Positions 52,701-64,000 of a stretch of DNA of 64,000 bases are shown piece after piece. The translations under genes were made by a program, and so were the position numbers. The notes under the pieces were generated by a model. That model saw only the letters and a list, made by a program, of their open reading frames with translations, was not told the DNA's origin and searched no databases. The stretch is from Ranitomeya imitator (taxonomy: Eukaryota): positions 198,586,001-198,650,000 of the forward strand of contig NC_091288.1 in assembly GCF_032444005.1 (NCBI RefSeq), read 5' to 3'. Numbering within the stretch: position 1 is the first letter of the stretch; every line of letters begins with the position of its first letter.

Positions 52701-55360
52701 CTGATCATACAGCTCTGCGGGGAGGAGGTGGTGGCACTGATCATACAGCTCTGCGGGGAGGAGGTGGTGGCACTGATCATACAGCTCTGCGGGGAGGAGG
52801 TGGTGGCACTGATCATACAGCTCTGCGGGGAGGAGTTGATTTCTCTGATCATACAGCTCTGCAGGGAGGAGGTGGTGGCTCTGATCATACAGCTCTGCGG
52901 GGAGGAGGTGGTGGCTCTGATCATACAGCTCTGCGGGGAGGAGGTGGTGGTACTGATCATACAGCTGTGCGGGGAGGAGGTGATTTCTCTGATCATACAG
53001 CTCTGCAGGGAGGAGGTGGTGGCTCTGATCATACAGCTCTGCGGGGAGGAGGTGGTGGCTCTGATCATACAGCTCTGCGGGGAGGAGGAGGTGGCACTGA
53101 TCATACAGCTCTGCGGGGAGGAGGTGGTGGCACTGATCATACAGCTCTGCGGGGAGGAGGTGGTGGCACTGATCATACAGCTCTGCGGGGAGGAGGTGGT
53201 GGCACTGATCATACAGCTCTGCGGGGAGGAGGAGGTGGCTCTGATCATACAGCTCTGCGGGGAGGAGGTGGTAGCTCTGATCATACAGCTCTGCGGGGAG
53301 GAGGTGGTGGCTCTGATCATACAGCTCTGCGGGGAGGAGGTGGTGGTACTGATCATACAGCTGTGCGGGGAGGAGGTGATTTCTCTGATCATACAGCTCT
53401 GCAGGGAGGAGGTGGTGGCTCTGATCATACAGCTCTGCGGGGAGGAGGAGGTGGCACTGAACATACAGCTCTGCGGGGAGGAGGAGGTGGCACTGATCAT
53501 ACAGCTCTGCGGGGAGGAGGTGGTGGCACTGATCATACAGCTCTGCGGTGAGGAAGTGGTCGCACTGATCATACAGCTCTGCGGGGAGGAGGTGGTGGCT
53601 CTGATCATACAGCTCTGCGGGGTGGAGGTGATTTCTCTGATCATACAGCTCTGCGGGGTGGAGGTGGTGGCACTGATTATACAGCTCTGCGGGGAGGAAG
53701 TGGTGGCTCTGATCATACAGCTCTGCGGGGAGGAGGTGGTGGCTCTGATCATACAGCTCTGCGGGGAGGAGGTGGTGGTACTGATCATACAGCTGTGCGG
53801 GGAGGAGGTGATTTCTCTGATCATACAGCTCTGATCATACTGATCATACAGCTCTGCGGGGAGGAGGTGGTGGCACTGATTATACAGCTCTGCGGGGAGA
53901 GGGTGGTGGCACTGATCATACAGCTCTGCGGGGAGGAGGTGGTGGCACTGATTATACAGCTCTGCGGGGAGAGGGTGGTGGCTCTGATCATACAGCTCTG
54001 CGGGGAGGAGGTGGTGGCTCTGATCATACAGCTCTGCGGGGTGGAGGTGATTTCTCTGATCATACAGCTCTGCGGGGTGGAGGTGGTGGCACTGATTATA
54101 CAGCTCTGCGGGGAGGAAGTGGTGGCTCTGATCATACAGCTCTGCGGGGGAGAAGGTGGTGGCACTGATCATACAGCTCTGCGGGGTGGAGGTGATTTCT
54201 CTGATCATACAGCTCTGCAGGGAGGAGTAGGTGGTGGCACTGATGATACAGCTCTGCGGGGAGGAGGTGGTGGCACTGATCATACAGCTCTGCGGGGTGG
54301 AGGTGATTTCTCTGATCATACAGCTCTGCAGGGAGGAGTAGGTGGTGGCACTGATGATACAGCTCTGCGGGGAGGAGGTGGTGGCACTGATCATACAGCT
54401 CTGCGGGGAGGAGGTGGTGGCTCTGATCATACAGCTCTGCGGGGAGGAGGTGGTGGCTCTGATCATGCAGCTCTGCGGGGAGGAGTTGGTGGCACTGATC
54501 ATACAGCTGTGCGGGGAGGAGGTGGTGGCACTGATCATACAGCCCTGCGGGGAGGAGGTGGTGGCTCTGATCATACAGCTCTGCGGGGAGGAGGTGGTGG
54601 TATTGATCATACAGCTGTGCGGGGAGGAGGTGATTTCTCTGATCATACAGCTCTGCAGGGAAGAGGTGGTGGCTCTGATCATACAGCTCTGCGGGGAGGA
54701 GGAGGTGGCACTGATCATACAGCTCTGCGGGGAGGAGGTGGTGGCACTGATCATACAGCTCTGCGGGGAGGAGGTGGTGGCACTGATCATACAGCTCTGC
54801 GGGGAGGAGGTGGTGGCACTGATCATACAGCTCTGCGGGGAGGAGGAGGTGGCACTGATCATACAGCTCTGCGGGGAGGAGGTGGTGGCACTGATCATAC
54901 AGCTCTGCGGGGAGGAGGTGATTTCTCTGATCATACAGCTCTGCAGGGAGGAGGTGGTGGCTCTGATCATACATCTCTGCGGGGAGGAGGTGGTGGCTCT
55001 GATCATACATCTCTGCGGGGAGGAGGTGGTGGCTCTGATCATACAGCTCTGCGGGGAGGAAGTGGTGGCACTGATCATACAGCTCTGCGGGGAGGAGATG
55101 GTGGCTCTGATCATACAGCTCTGCGGGGAGGAGGTGATTTCTCTGATCATACAGCTCTGCAGGGAGGAGAGGGTGGCTATGATCATACAGCTCTGTGGGG
55201 AGGAGGTGGTGGCACTGATCATACAGCTCTGCGGGGAGGAAGTGGTGGCACTGATCATACAGCTCTGCGGGGAGGAGGTTGTGGCACTGATCATACAGCT
55301 CTGCGGGGAGGAGGTGGTGGCACTGATCATACAGCTCTGCGGGGAGGAGGTGGTGGCTCT
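46735..55360 (-). repeat. 36-bp H1-HDE minisatellite of unit B (~240 units, no CR1, no fold-back)
   Basis: Same unit; same junctions with the H1 stem-loop (55355-55370) and with the H3 upstream spacer (46734/46735). Confidence 0.97.
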
Positions 55361-55370
55361 TATAAGAGCC
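55355..55370 (-). terminator. H1 3' stem-loop, copy B
   Basis: GGCTCT-TATA-AGAGCC. Confidence 0.93.
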
Positions 55371-55398
55371 TTTGTGGTAACAGAACAGGGGCTGCAGC

Positions 55399-56034
55399 TT
55401 ATTTCTTAGCCGCGGGCTTCTTGGCTTTCGCAGCCTTCTTAGCCGGACTCTTGGCGGGTTTGGCCGCCTTCTTCGCCGGACTCTTCGTCACCTTCTTGGG
55501 CTTGGGAGCGGCTTTCGGCTTCTTGGGGCTCTTGGCCGCTTTCTTGGCCGCTGCGGGCTTCTTGGCCTTTTTCGGGCTCTTCTTGGCCGCAGTCGGAGCC
55601 TTCTTGGGCTTCTTCGGAGATTTGGCGGCTTTCTTGGCAGCAGCGGGTTTCTTAGGTTTGGCCGCAGCTGCTGGCTTCGTCTTGGCCACTTTGTCCTTCG
55701 TCTCCTGCTTCTTGTTCAGCTTGAAGGACCCGGAGGCGTCGCTGCCTTTCACCTGGAGGAGGGCGCCCTTGGTGACCAGAGCCTTGACGGCCAGCTTCAG
55801 GCGGCTGTTGTTCTTCTCTACATCGTATCCTCCAGCAGACAGAGCCTTCTTCAGGGCGGCCAGAGACACCCCGCTGCGCTCCTTGGAGGCGGACACGGCT
55901 TTCACGATCAGCTCGGAGACGCTGGGGCCGGAAGGTTTATTGCTCTTCTTGGCAGCAGATTTCTTCGGCTGCTTCTTGGATTTGGCGGCCGGTTCTGCGG
56001 GAGGGGGAGCGGCGGCTGGCGCGGTCTCTGCCAT
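55399..56034 (-). CDS. H1: Linker histone H1, copy B (G99D relative to copy A)
   Basis: Same protein as 401-1036 except KGSDASGSF. Confidence 0.96.
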   Translation of the reverse strand: MAETAPAAAPPPAEPAAKSKKQPKKSAAKKSNKPSGPSVSELIVKAVSASKERSGVSLAALKKALSAGGYDVEKNNSRLKLAVKALVTKGALLQVKGSDASGSFKLNKKQETKDKVAKTKPAAAAKPKKPAAAKKAAKSPKKPKKAPTAAKKSPKKAKKPAAAKKAAKSPKKPKAAPKPKKVTKSPAKKAAKPAKSPAKKAAKAKKPAAKK

Positions 56035-56111
56035 CATGTGCTGCGGAAAAACAAAATGAAAATATTTCCTGATAGGAAGGAAAGCACTGAGGCCGGAGCT
56101 GGAGGCGCCTG

Positions 56112-56246
56112 TTATATGTACAGGCTTACTGCGCACTGATTGGCTGCTGAGCAGCACCGTCCTGAGCTTCTATTGGCTGACACTGGACACAGGCCCCGCC
56201 CCCTCCCAGCTGAGTCCGAGTGAAGCTCCGCTCTCCCCTTGTGCTT
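56112..56246 (-). promoter_or_regulatory. Histone H1 promoter, copy B
   Basis: Mirror of 191-325. Confidence 0.72.
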
Positions 56247-57038
56247 CCCTGCCCGGGATAAAAGCCCTTTACCGGCTAACACCGGACAGCAGAGCGCGAT
56301 TCCTCCGTCGCCTCCCCTTCTCCAACATCTCCACCGGCCATTTGTAGCCGTCACTAGCAGAGATGCCGGGAAAGAGCGGAGAGGAAATCCCGGGATCATC
56401 GCCGCCGTCCTCCCGATCTGCACATCACTGTGTATCCGGGGAGATAAATCTGCTGCGGGAGCTCGTTCCTCCTATTCCCGGCTCCTGTCACCATCACAGG
56501 GATCTTTACTCCTATGTCTATCGCACAGGAAGCTGATTGTACGATGTGGGGACGAGCTGGAGCTGCTGACAACCCAGAAGGGTAACACAGGCGACGGCCT
56601 CCGCTGACTGCCACCTCCCTGACCTGTGGTGTCACTGTACCCCGTATGTGCAGAGGATTGGGGGGACACGTGTTCCACACCAGTAGATGATCCACATCGG
56701 TGGCTGATTGCAATCACCTGCCTGATATCGTGTCTTACCCAGTGTGAAGCTGTGACCGCTGCGGCCTGTCATGGTGCGAAGAGCTCTGATGAGGCGACAG
56801 CTGCACACTGCGACTCCCCAACCAAACACATAAACATCTCCGGGGAGAAAACTGAAATATTAATGGATTTATGTGACCCCCACTATTGTGTAAAAGGGGA
56901 ATATTGGGAGAAAAGCGGAGACACAAAATCCAGCGTCTACACAGAGAACACAGCTGTACATAGTATATATAGTGCACAACATCACATCTGCACAGCCCAG
57001 ATCAGCAGTGTAATAAGTGTCACTGATACTAGAGGAGA

Positions 57039-57249
57039 GGGTACAGTATATACAGCAGGGTGTACAGTATATACAGCAGAGTACACAGTATATACAGCAG
57101 AGTACACAGTATATACAGCAGTGTGCACAGTATATAGAGCCAGTGTGTACAGTACATACAGCAGTGTGTACAGTATATAGAGCAGTGTGTAAAGTATATA
57201 CAGCAGTGTGTACAATTTATAGACCAGAGTGTACAGTATATAGAGCAGT
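57039..57249. repeat. ~21-22-bp minisatellite (GTGTACAGTATATACAGCA-like, ~10 copies)
   Basis: Seen directly. Confidence 0.85.
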
Positions 57250-57630
57250 CTCCCCTCTCTTCTTCTTTCTCTCTCTCTCCCTCTTTCTTAATCTCTATTT
57301 CTCTCTCCTCTCTTTCATTATTTCCTTCTCTCCTTTCTCTCTTCGCTCTCCTCTCTTTCTTTCTCTCTTCTTTTTTCTCTAAATCTTTCTCTCACTCTTA
57401 CTCTTTCTTCCTTTCTATTTCTCTCTCTCCCTCTCTTTCCCTTGCTTTCTCTTTTTCTTACTTTATATCTATCTCTCTCCTTCTCTCTTTCTTTATCTCT
57501 CTTCTCTCTACTTCTCTCTCTCTCTCTTTATGTCTCTTTGTCTCTCTCTCTCTCTTTCTCCCTTTCTTTCTCTCTATCTCCTTCTTTCTCATTCTCTCTC
57601 TTTCACTTTATCTCTCTCTTTCTCTCTCTC
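57250..57630. repeat. Polypyrimidine (CT-rich) low-complexity tract
   Basis: Almost purine-free + strand. Confidence 0.9.
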
Positions 57631-57957
57631 AGGGAGAGATTATCAATCCTTCATGTCAGCAGTGCACCTCTCCAAAATGAGGCAGATGTACTAGATTTTC
57701 TAGGCACCGCCATCTGCACGTGGGGTGCTGCTGTAATCCCTGTCATCATCCTCGTTTTTCCTCTCCACGTTTCCATATCCAGCCAAGTGATCGCTGGGCC
57801 CAGTATTCTCATCAGCATTGCCGATACTTCGAGCTGTAGCAAAGGAGAAGGCACAAGTGATGATAACCCGCCTCTATGTGCCCTCAAGTGTCTCCGCTGT
57901 GGTGCGGGATGATATGCTATGGAAGGTTAATAATCAATAATTGTGTCCTTCCTACAG

Positions 57958-58617
57958 GCTCTGGTGCCCCATGGAATGAAAGGTTTCCCCAGGAGGGCGG
58001 TGGTAAAGATGTTTAATGACTTGCTAAGGAATGGTCGCATGCAAAAACTCCAAGACTCGGACACCGTGCTGTCCCAGATTTTGGAGATGACGTGCAGTGA
58101 CTTGGATTGGGAGGTGAAGGTGAACGCAGTGGACCTGGCACATTCCTATATGTCCCAAACATTGGAGATGGGACCGTCCCTAACGTGCCCTTACACTATA
58201 GGGCTGCCATCTAGCAGAAGCTCAGGTTCCATCTCCGACGCTCTGGTTACATGTGAATGAGTCGGGCTTTTTCCGGCCTTATTGACTTGTCTGTGTGACT
58301 GTGACCGGCCAGTGGCATTAAAGTTTTGTGAAATCCTTCTTGCTGTGAAGCCCAAACTGTGTAATGGGGACACTGATCCCTCCGAACAGCATGGAAGAGA
58401 CTGGCTGGAGCACACGATAAAAGAGAAGCAAATGGCAGGCGGGGACGGTGCTGGGGCCGGCAGGGTCGCCCACCAGATTGGGCCACTGGTGTCATACAGA
58501 AGATGGATTTGGATAACATAAAATGTCCCCTTCCGAAAAACAGCGATCATGTCACTGCTGCAGGACGTCAAAGCAACCTTATGGGGGGAAGAAATGCACG
58601 ATGCAGATTGCTACTGA
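57958..58617 (+). pseudogene. BRAT1: BRAT1 terminal-exon fragment, copy 1
   Basis: KGFPRRAVV, CSDLDWEVK, TCPYTIGLP, VGLF...DCDRPVA and SLLQDV...DADCY match remembered human BRAT1 (EGFPRRAVM, SRDLDWEVR, HCPYAVALP, FDCDRPVA, SLLQDM...DEADCY); acceptor TTCCTACAG, in-frame TGA 58258-58260 and downstream frameshift/deletion. Confidence 0.85.
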
Positions 58618-58794
58618 TGCGGAAGTTTATGGTACTTTTCTGCTGCAGATTTCACTGCGGAAATGCCTTTTGTGCTGTAATTTGTAGTGGATCCAACCTG
58701 TGTTTTTCTTTTTTTACTACAGTGCCCTACTGGGACCCAGAAGCCCTCCTGGCCATCCAACTGCTACTCAGGCGCCAATTTCTAAGAAAGATTT

Positions 58795-59117
58795 ATCTCC
58801 TCTCTTTCTTTCTCTTTTCTTTCTCTAAATCTTTCTCTCACTCTTACCCTTTTCCCCTTTCTATTTCTCTCTCACCCTCTCTTTCTCTTGCTTTCTCTTT
58901 CTCTTTTTTCTCACTTTATCTCTATCTTTCTCTCTCCTTGTCTCTTTCTTCATCTCTATTTCTTCTCTCTCTACTTATCTCCCTCTTTCTTTCTCTTTGT
59001 CTTTATCTCTCTTTCTTTCTCCTTTGCTTTCTCTCTCTCTCTCTCTCCTTCTTTCTCATTCTCTCTCGTTCACTCTCTCTCTCTTTGTCTTTATCTCTCT
59101 CTCTCCTTCTCTCTTCC
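58795..59117. repeat. Polypyrimidine tract, second copy
   Basis: Seen directly. Confidence 0.9.
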
Positions 59118-59444
59118 AGGGAGAGATGATCAATCCTTCATGTCAGCAGTGCACCTCTCCAAAATGAGGCAGATGTACTAGATTTTCCAGGCACCGCCAT
59201 CTGTACGTGCGGTGCTGCTGTAATCCCTGTCATCATCCTCGTTTTTCCTCTCCACGTTTCCATATCCAGCCAAGTGATCGCTGGGCCCAGTATTCTCATC
59301 AGCATTGCCGATACTTCGAGCTATAGCTAAGGAGAAGGCACAAGTGATGATAACCCGCCTCTATGTGCCCTCAAGTGTCTCCGCTGTGGTGCGGGATGAT
59401 ATGCTATGGAAGGTTAATAATCAATAATTGTGTCCTTCCTACAG

Positions 59445-60123
59445 GCTCTGGTGCCCCATGTAATGAAAGGTTTCCCCAGGAGGGCGGTGGTAAAGGTGTT
59501 TACTAACTTGCTAAGGAATGGTCGCATGCAAAAACTCCAAGACTCGGACACCGTGCTGTCCCAGATTTTGGAGATGACGTGCAGTGACTTGGATTGGGAG
59601 GTGAAGGTGAACGCATTGGATCTGGCACATTCCTATATGTCCCAAACATTGGAGATGGGACCGTCCCTAACGTGCCCTTACACTATAGGGCTGCCATCTA
59701 GCAGAAGCTCAGGTTCCATCTCCGACGCTCTGGTTACATGTGAATGAGTCGGGCTTTTTCCGGCCTTATTGACTTGTCTGTGTGACTGTGACCGGTCAGT
59801 GGCATCAAAGGCGTGTGAAATCCTTCTCGCTGTGAAGCCCAAACTGTGCAATGGGGACACTGATCCCTCCGAAGAGTATGGAAGAGACCAGCCAGGAGCA
59901 AACGATAAAAGAGAAGCAAATGGCAGGCGGGGACGGTGCTGGGGACCGGCAGGGTCGCCCACCAGAATGGGCCACTGGGGTCATAAAGAAGATGGATTTG
60001 GATAACATAAAATGTTCCCTGCCGAAATACAGCGATTATGTACACGAGACTCCCCGGTCACTGCTGCAGGACGTCAAAGCCACCTTATGGGGGGAAGAAA
60101 TGCACGATGCAGATTGCTACTGA
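59445..60123 (+). pseudogene. BRAT1: BRAT1 terminal-exon fragment, copy 2
   Basis: Same motifs; shared TGA at 59745-59747 and a frameshift; ends DLDNIKCSLPKYSDYVHETPRSLLQDVKATLWGEEMHDADCY*. Confidence 0.87.
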
Positions 60124-60761
60124 TGCGGAAGTTTAAGGGACTTTTCTGCTGCAGATCTCATTGCGGAAATGCCTTTTGTGCTGTGATTTGTAGTGGATCC
60201 AACCTGTTTTTTTCCTACAGTGTCCTACTGGGACCCAGAAGCCCTCCTGGCCATCCGACAGCTACTCAGGCCCCAATTTCGAAGAAGCACGTCCTGGTTA
60301 TAAGAAAGCAAATGCTTTTGGCACTATAGAGGGTGATGTAGTAGGGATTATTTTTCTATTTTGGTTTGCTTCCAGTACAGTTTTCACATTAAATCAGAAC
60401 AATTAAAGAAAACAAACAAAAAAAAAACACGGCACATTCCTGTAATTTTGAATTAAAGCATAACATTTTATATAAACAATGCATAAAAATGTGTCTTTCT
60501 GGGTTGTGATTGGTACATGAGGTAATGGCATAAATTAACATTCAATCACCTGATGTTGATATGATGAAAAATCTCTCCTAATTTCACTTGCTGCTTTCAA
60601 CCGTGTATTGGGATTAACTGTGGGGGCATCATACATTGTGGAGAGTATGATCCACTCTGATCTGGCATGGTCATGACAATAGTCGGGATACCTGCCGCTA
60701 CAGGGAAGGAAATTGTATATAATAAAGAAGCTGGAAAAATAATTGCAGAAACTGTACAATG

Positions 60762-60901
60762 GGCGGGAAATTCAAACTTCCCAACAGTTCTGTGTTCAGC
60801 CAATCAGCAGAGGAAGGGAGGAGCTAATGATTCTGTAAGCCCCGCCCCGGATAGCGTCATCTCTCCAGTTCTCTCTCTGGTCCATTCTTCCTCCATATAA
60901 A
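60762..60901 (+). promoter_or_regulatory. Histone H4 promoter, copy C (diverged from A/B)
   Basis: GGCGGGAAATTCAAA, CCAAT, GGTCC and TATAAA 60896-60901. Confidence 0.7.
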
Positions 60902-60943
60902 GGAGCAGTCCCTGAGGCTTAGGAATCAGTTTTTGCTCATTGA

Positions 60944-61264
<321 letters not shown>

Positions 61265-61294
61265 TTGTGTTCTCTTCTGTCCTCACAACCCAAA

Positions 61295-61310
61295 GGCTCT
61301 TTTCAGAGCC
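61295..61310 (+). terminator. H4 3' stem-loop
   Basis: GGCTCTTTTCAGAGCC followed by ACCCA. Confidence 0.95.
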
Positions 61311-62091
61311 ACCCACATCTTCTAAGTGAGGGCTGCACCTGACTGCTAGGATCTGATTTCTCTGCTTTGGTGATGTCGCTGTAATGTTAGAACACTCATC
61401 GGTGCCAACGTTACGCTCCGAATACTGACTAGTCCCAAGGATATCCTGACGTGGAAAGACTAAACGGCTTACCCGAAGCAGATCCCTCTACAGCTCTAAT
61501 CAGGGGGGTGTTCAGGGCGGTTTCCAAATGTAGGTTAATATTCTGTCTAGACATTTAATATCCTGTTCTTATTGGGCGCTGATTAGTAGATTTATGGGGG
61601 ATATATATCCGCACTGGGCCGCAGTGATAATTTCCTGATCAGATCCGTGTACAGGGAATGTGGCTGTAGGAGGCAGCTGGATAGATGGACGCCCTGTGTG
61701 TCATCACATAGGGTACGGCGACTCCTATGTGATGACCACGTCCTGGACACTAATGTTTCGGGTGGATGGCGCCTCTGAAGACTATTATAACCTCCTCAGA
61801 ATAATGATGGGCTGTTTGAGGTCTGATAGCCACGGCTGCGCGTTTTGAGGTCCTGTCATGTATTTATATATATCCGGTGTGTGCAGTGTATGGGGGGACA
61901 CAGGTGTTGGTTCTGTTCCCTACAGCTCCTGTCCTGTATATGTATATACAAAGCGTATACATTGTGTGCAGTGTATGGGGGACACAGCGCTGCCGGGGCC
62001 TGGGGTGAAGGTGCCGCATCTGTGGATACTCTGGTAAAGAAAAGATCAGCTGGAAAACGGCACGTAAGGAGTTAAACGGGAGAGGAAAGAC

Positions 62092-62570
62092 GGGCAACAA
62101 AATTAATAAAGGGGATGGGAGAACTACAATACCCAGATAGATTAGCGAAATTAGGATTATTTAGTCTAGAAAAAAGACGACTGAGGGGCGATCTAATAAC
62201 CATGTATAAGTATATAAGGGGACAATACAAATATCTCGCTGAGGATCTGTTTATACCAAGGAAGGTGACGGGCACAAGGGGGCATTCGTTGCGTCTGGAG
62301 GAGAGAAGGTTTTTCCACCAACATAGAAGAGGATTCTTTACTGTTAGGGCAGTGAGAATCTGGAATTGCTTGCCTGAGGAGGTGGTGATGGCGAACTCAG
62401 TCGAGGGGTTCAAGAGAGGCCTGGATGTCTTCCTGGAGCAGAACAATATTGTATCATACAATTAGGTTCTGTAGAGGGACGTAGATCTGGGGATTTGTTG
62501 TGATGGAGTGTGGGCTGAACTGGATGGACAGATGTCTTTTTTCGGCCTTACTAACTATGTTACTATGTAC
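62092..62570 (+). mobile_element. 5'-truncated CR1 with an A-to-G cluster in its 3' UTR
   Basis: CR1 ORF2 end and tail; mirror of 40830-41308. Confidence 0.93.
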
Positions 62571-62961
62571 ATCACTGAAGGCTGAGCGTTACCAAGGTTT
62601 CTCGCTCATTGTCTGATCACAGAATCCGTTGGGGAATTTGAATTCCCCGCTCATAATCTCCGGAGGATTGTTACAGGTCACTGATAGCGACAACCATCCC
62701 CCACCCCCTTACTGCGGGACCTGCTAACTACATGTAGACCTCACCGCGGAGTATCAGACACTAAGGAGGGGACATTTCCTGCGAGCTTGGCAGACGACAC
62801 TCCACCTGAGGGTCTGAGACTTCATGTGGGATTGACCCATTCATCTCCTGTTATTCTGTGGATATGTGCACCAACAATGGCGGCAATGGTGTATGAACTA
62901 TCAGCCTCATGCGAGGACCCCCGAGATAGGCGGCGCCGGCTCTTGTGGTGACGGTGTGGGT

Positions 62962-62977
62962 GGCTCTTAGAAGAGCC
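62962..62977 (-). terminator. H2A 3' stem-loop
   Basis: Reverse complement of GGCTCTTCTAAGAGCC. Confidence 0.93.
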
Positions 62978-63006
62978 TTTGGTTTTGTAGAGATTGGCGG
63001 CAGCGC

Positions 63007-63399
63007 TCACTTGCTCTTGCTCGCCTTGCTGCTCTCGGTCTTCTTGGGCAGCAGCACGGCCTGGATGTTGGGCAGGACGCCCCCCTGGGCAATGGTCACC
63101 CCACCCAGCAGCCTGTTCAGCTCCTCGTCATTGCGCACCGCCAGCTGCAGGTGACGGGGGATGATGCGGGTCTTCTTGTTGTCCCGGGCAGCATTGCCGG
63201 CCAATTCCAGGATCTCAGCGGTCAGATACTCCAGCACAGCGGCCAGATAGACCGGAGCGCCGGCGCCGACTCTCTCAGCGTAGTTGCCCTTGCGGAGAAG
63301 CCTGTGCACACGACCGACTGGGAACTGCAGTCCTGCCCGGGATGAGCGGGTCTTGGCCTTAGCACGGACCTTTCCTCCTTGTTTGCCGCGTCCAGACAT
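63007..63399 (-). CDS. H2A: Canonical histone H2A, copy C
   Basis: Protein identical to 40001-40393. Confidence 0.98.
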   Translation of the reverse strand: MSGRGKQGGKVRAKAKTRSSRAGLQFPVGRVHRLLRKGNYAERVGAGAPVYLAAVLEYLTAEILELAGNAARDNKKTRIIPRHLQLAVRNDEELNRLLGGVTIAQGGVLPNIQAVLLPKKTESSKASKSK

Positions 63400-64000
63400 G
63401 ATGCCGATAACTAATGACGGAAAATCGTGTAGAGAAGAGTCTGTGCTGTGTCGCCTTATATAGTCCGTTGCTCCGCCCTCCTCTCCTGTCGTTGGACGGA
63501 TCTGAAGATGAAAATGGAGAAGAGTATTGGAGATCCACCAATGAGCTACAGAGGGCGGAGCTTATTATTGCTCCTTGCTCAAATGAGTTTCTCACCCAAT
63601 AGAAAACGTTCGCTTTGGACAGAATAGATAAGGGGTGAAAACAGATATCTGTCCTGGAGCAGAAGGAAATGCAGAAATATTCTGTTGACTTGTTGTTTGC
63701 ACTTGTTGGACTTGTGTCTTCTATCAGCCATATATTGCACTGACAGTCTGGCGGGTGAGGGGTTAATTCCTGTCAGGAGGAGGCTCCTCACTCACCCGCT
63801 TATTATCCTGTGCAGATCCCCTGTGGTGTCCGCGCTTATACTATCACAGCCTGACTGAGACAAGTCTCCTATGTTCTGCCCGGAGCCTGATGTGACGCTG
63901 CCGGGTCTCGGGTGGGGGAAGTCGCCGCTTCTGTAAAGCGAGTGTGTAGTGGGGGGTCAGCACACACGGACACTGAGGAGTTAAATGGAGGCGGATATTC

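Larger units (their letters stand above)
57340..60290 (+). repeat. Tandem segmental duplication, period ~1.49 kb, carrying the CT tract and the BRAT1 exon
   Basis: Homologous landmarks at 57958/59445 and 58260/59747; boundaries approximate. Confidence 0.88.

Noticed and set aside
57631-57925. Exon-like segment between the CT tract and the BRAT1 acceptor
   Set aside because: No frame gave a protein I recognise, stops occur in most frames, and the gap to the BRAT1 acceptor (~32 nt) is too short for an intron; treated as intronic.

Overview
Vertebrate replication-dependent histone gene cluster, probably from a frog (inferred from Xenopus-like H2B/H2A/H1 sequences and amphibian-type CR1/L2 tails). 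It holds 2 H1, 2 H3.2, 3 H4, 2 H2A and 1 H2B (mostly hidden under 285 N), arranged as three inverted partial units. Unit A (+) is H1-H3-H4, unit B (-) is H1-H3-H4 with H2A/H2B on the opposite strand, and unit C (+) is H4-H2A. About half of the window (~32 kb, roughly 890 units) is a 36-bp minisatellite, AG(A/T)GCCACCACCTCCTCCCCGCAGAGCTGTATGATC. It starts exactly at the 3' arm of the H1 stem-loop and reiterates the H1 cleavage site plus U7-snRNA-binding histone downstream element (HDE). This amplified histone 3'-processing signal is the most unusual feature, and H2B shows a 3-copy miniature of the same process. The array contains two fold-back inversions and a near-intact 4.4-kb CR1 LINE (esterase ORF1; APE-RT ORF2 with one nonsense codon). 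Other content: four CR1 3' fragments (one inverted pair with a clustered A-to-G, ADAR-like signature), two L2 fragments, a Penelope-like insertion with a candidate variant hammerhead ribozyme, and two tandem pseudogenic copies of the BRAT1 terminal exon. All giant ORFs in the track are by-products of the repeat. No alignments or database searches were run; family assignments come from recognised motifs and coordinates were counted by hand.
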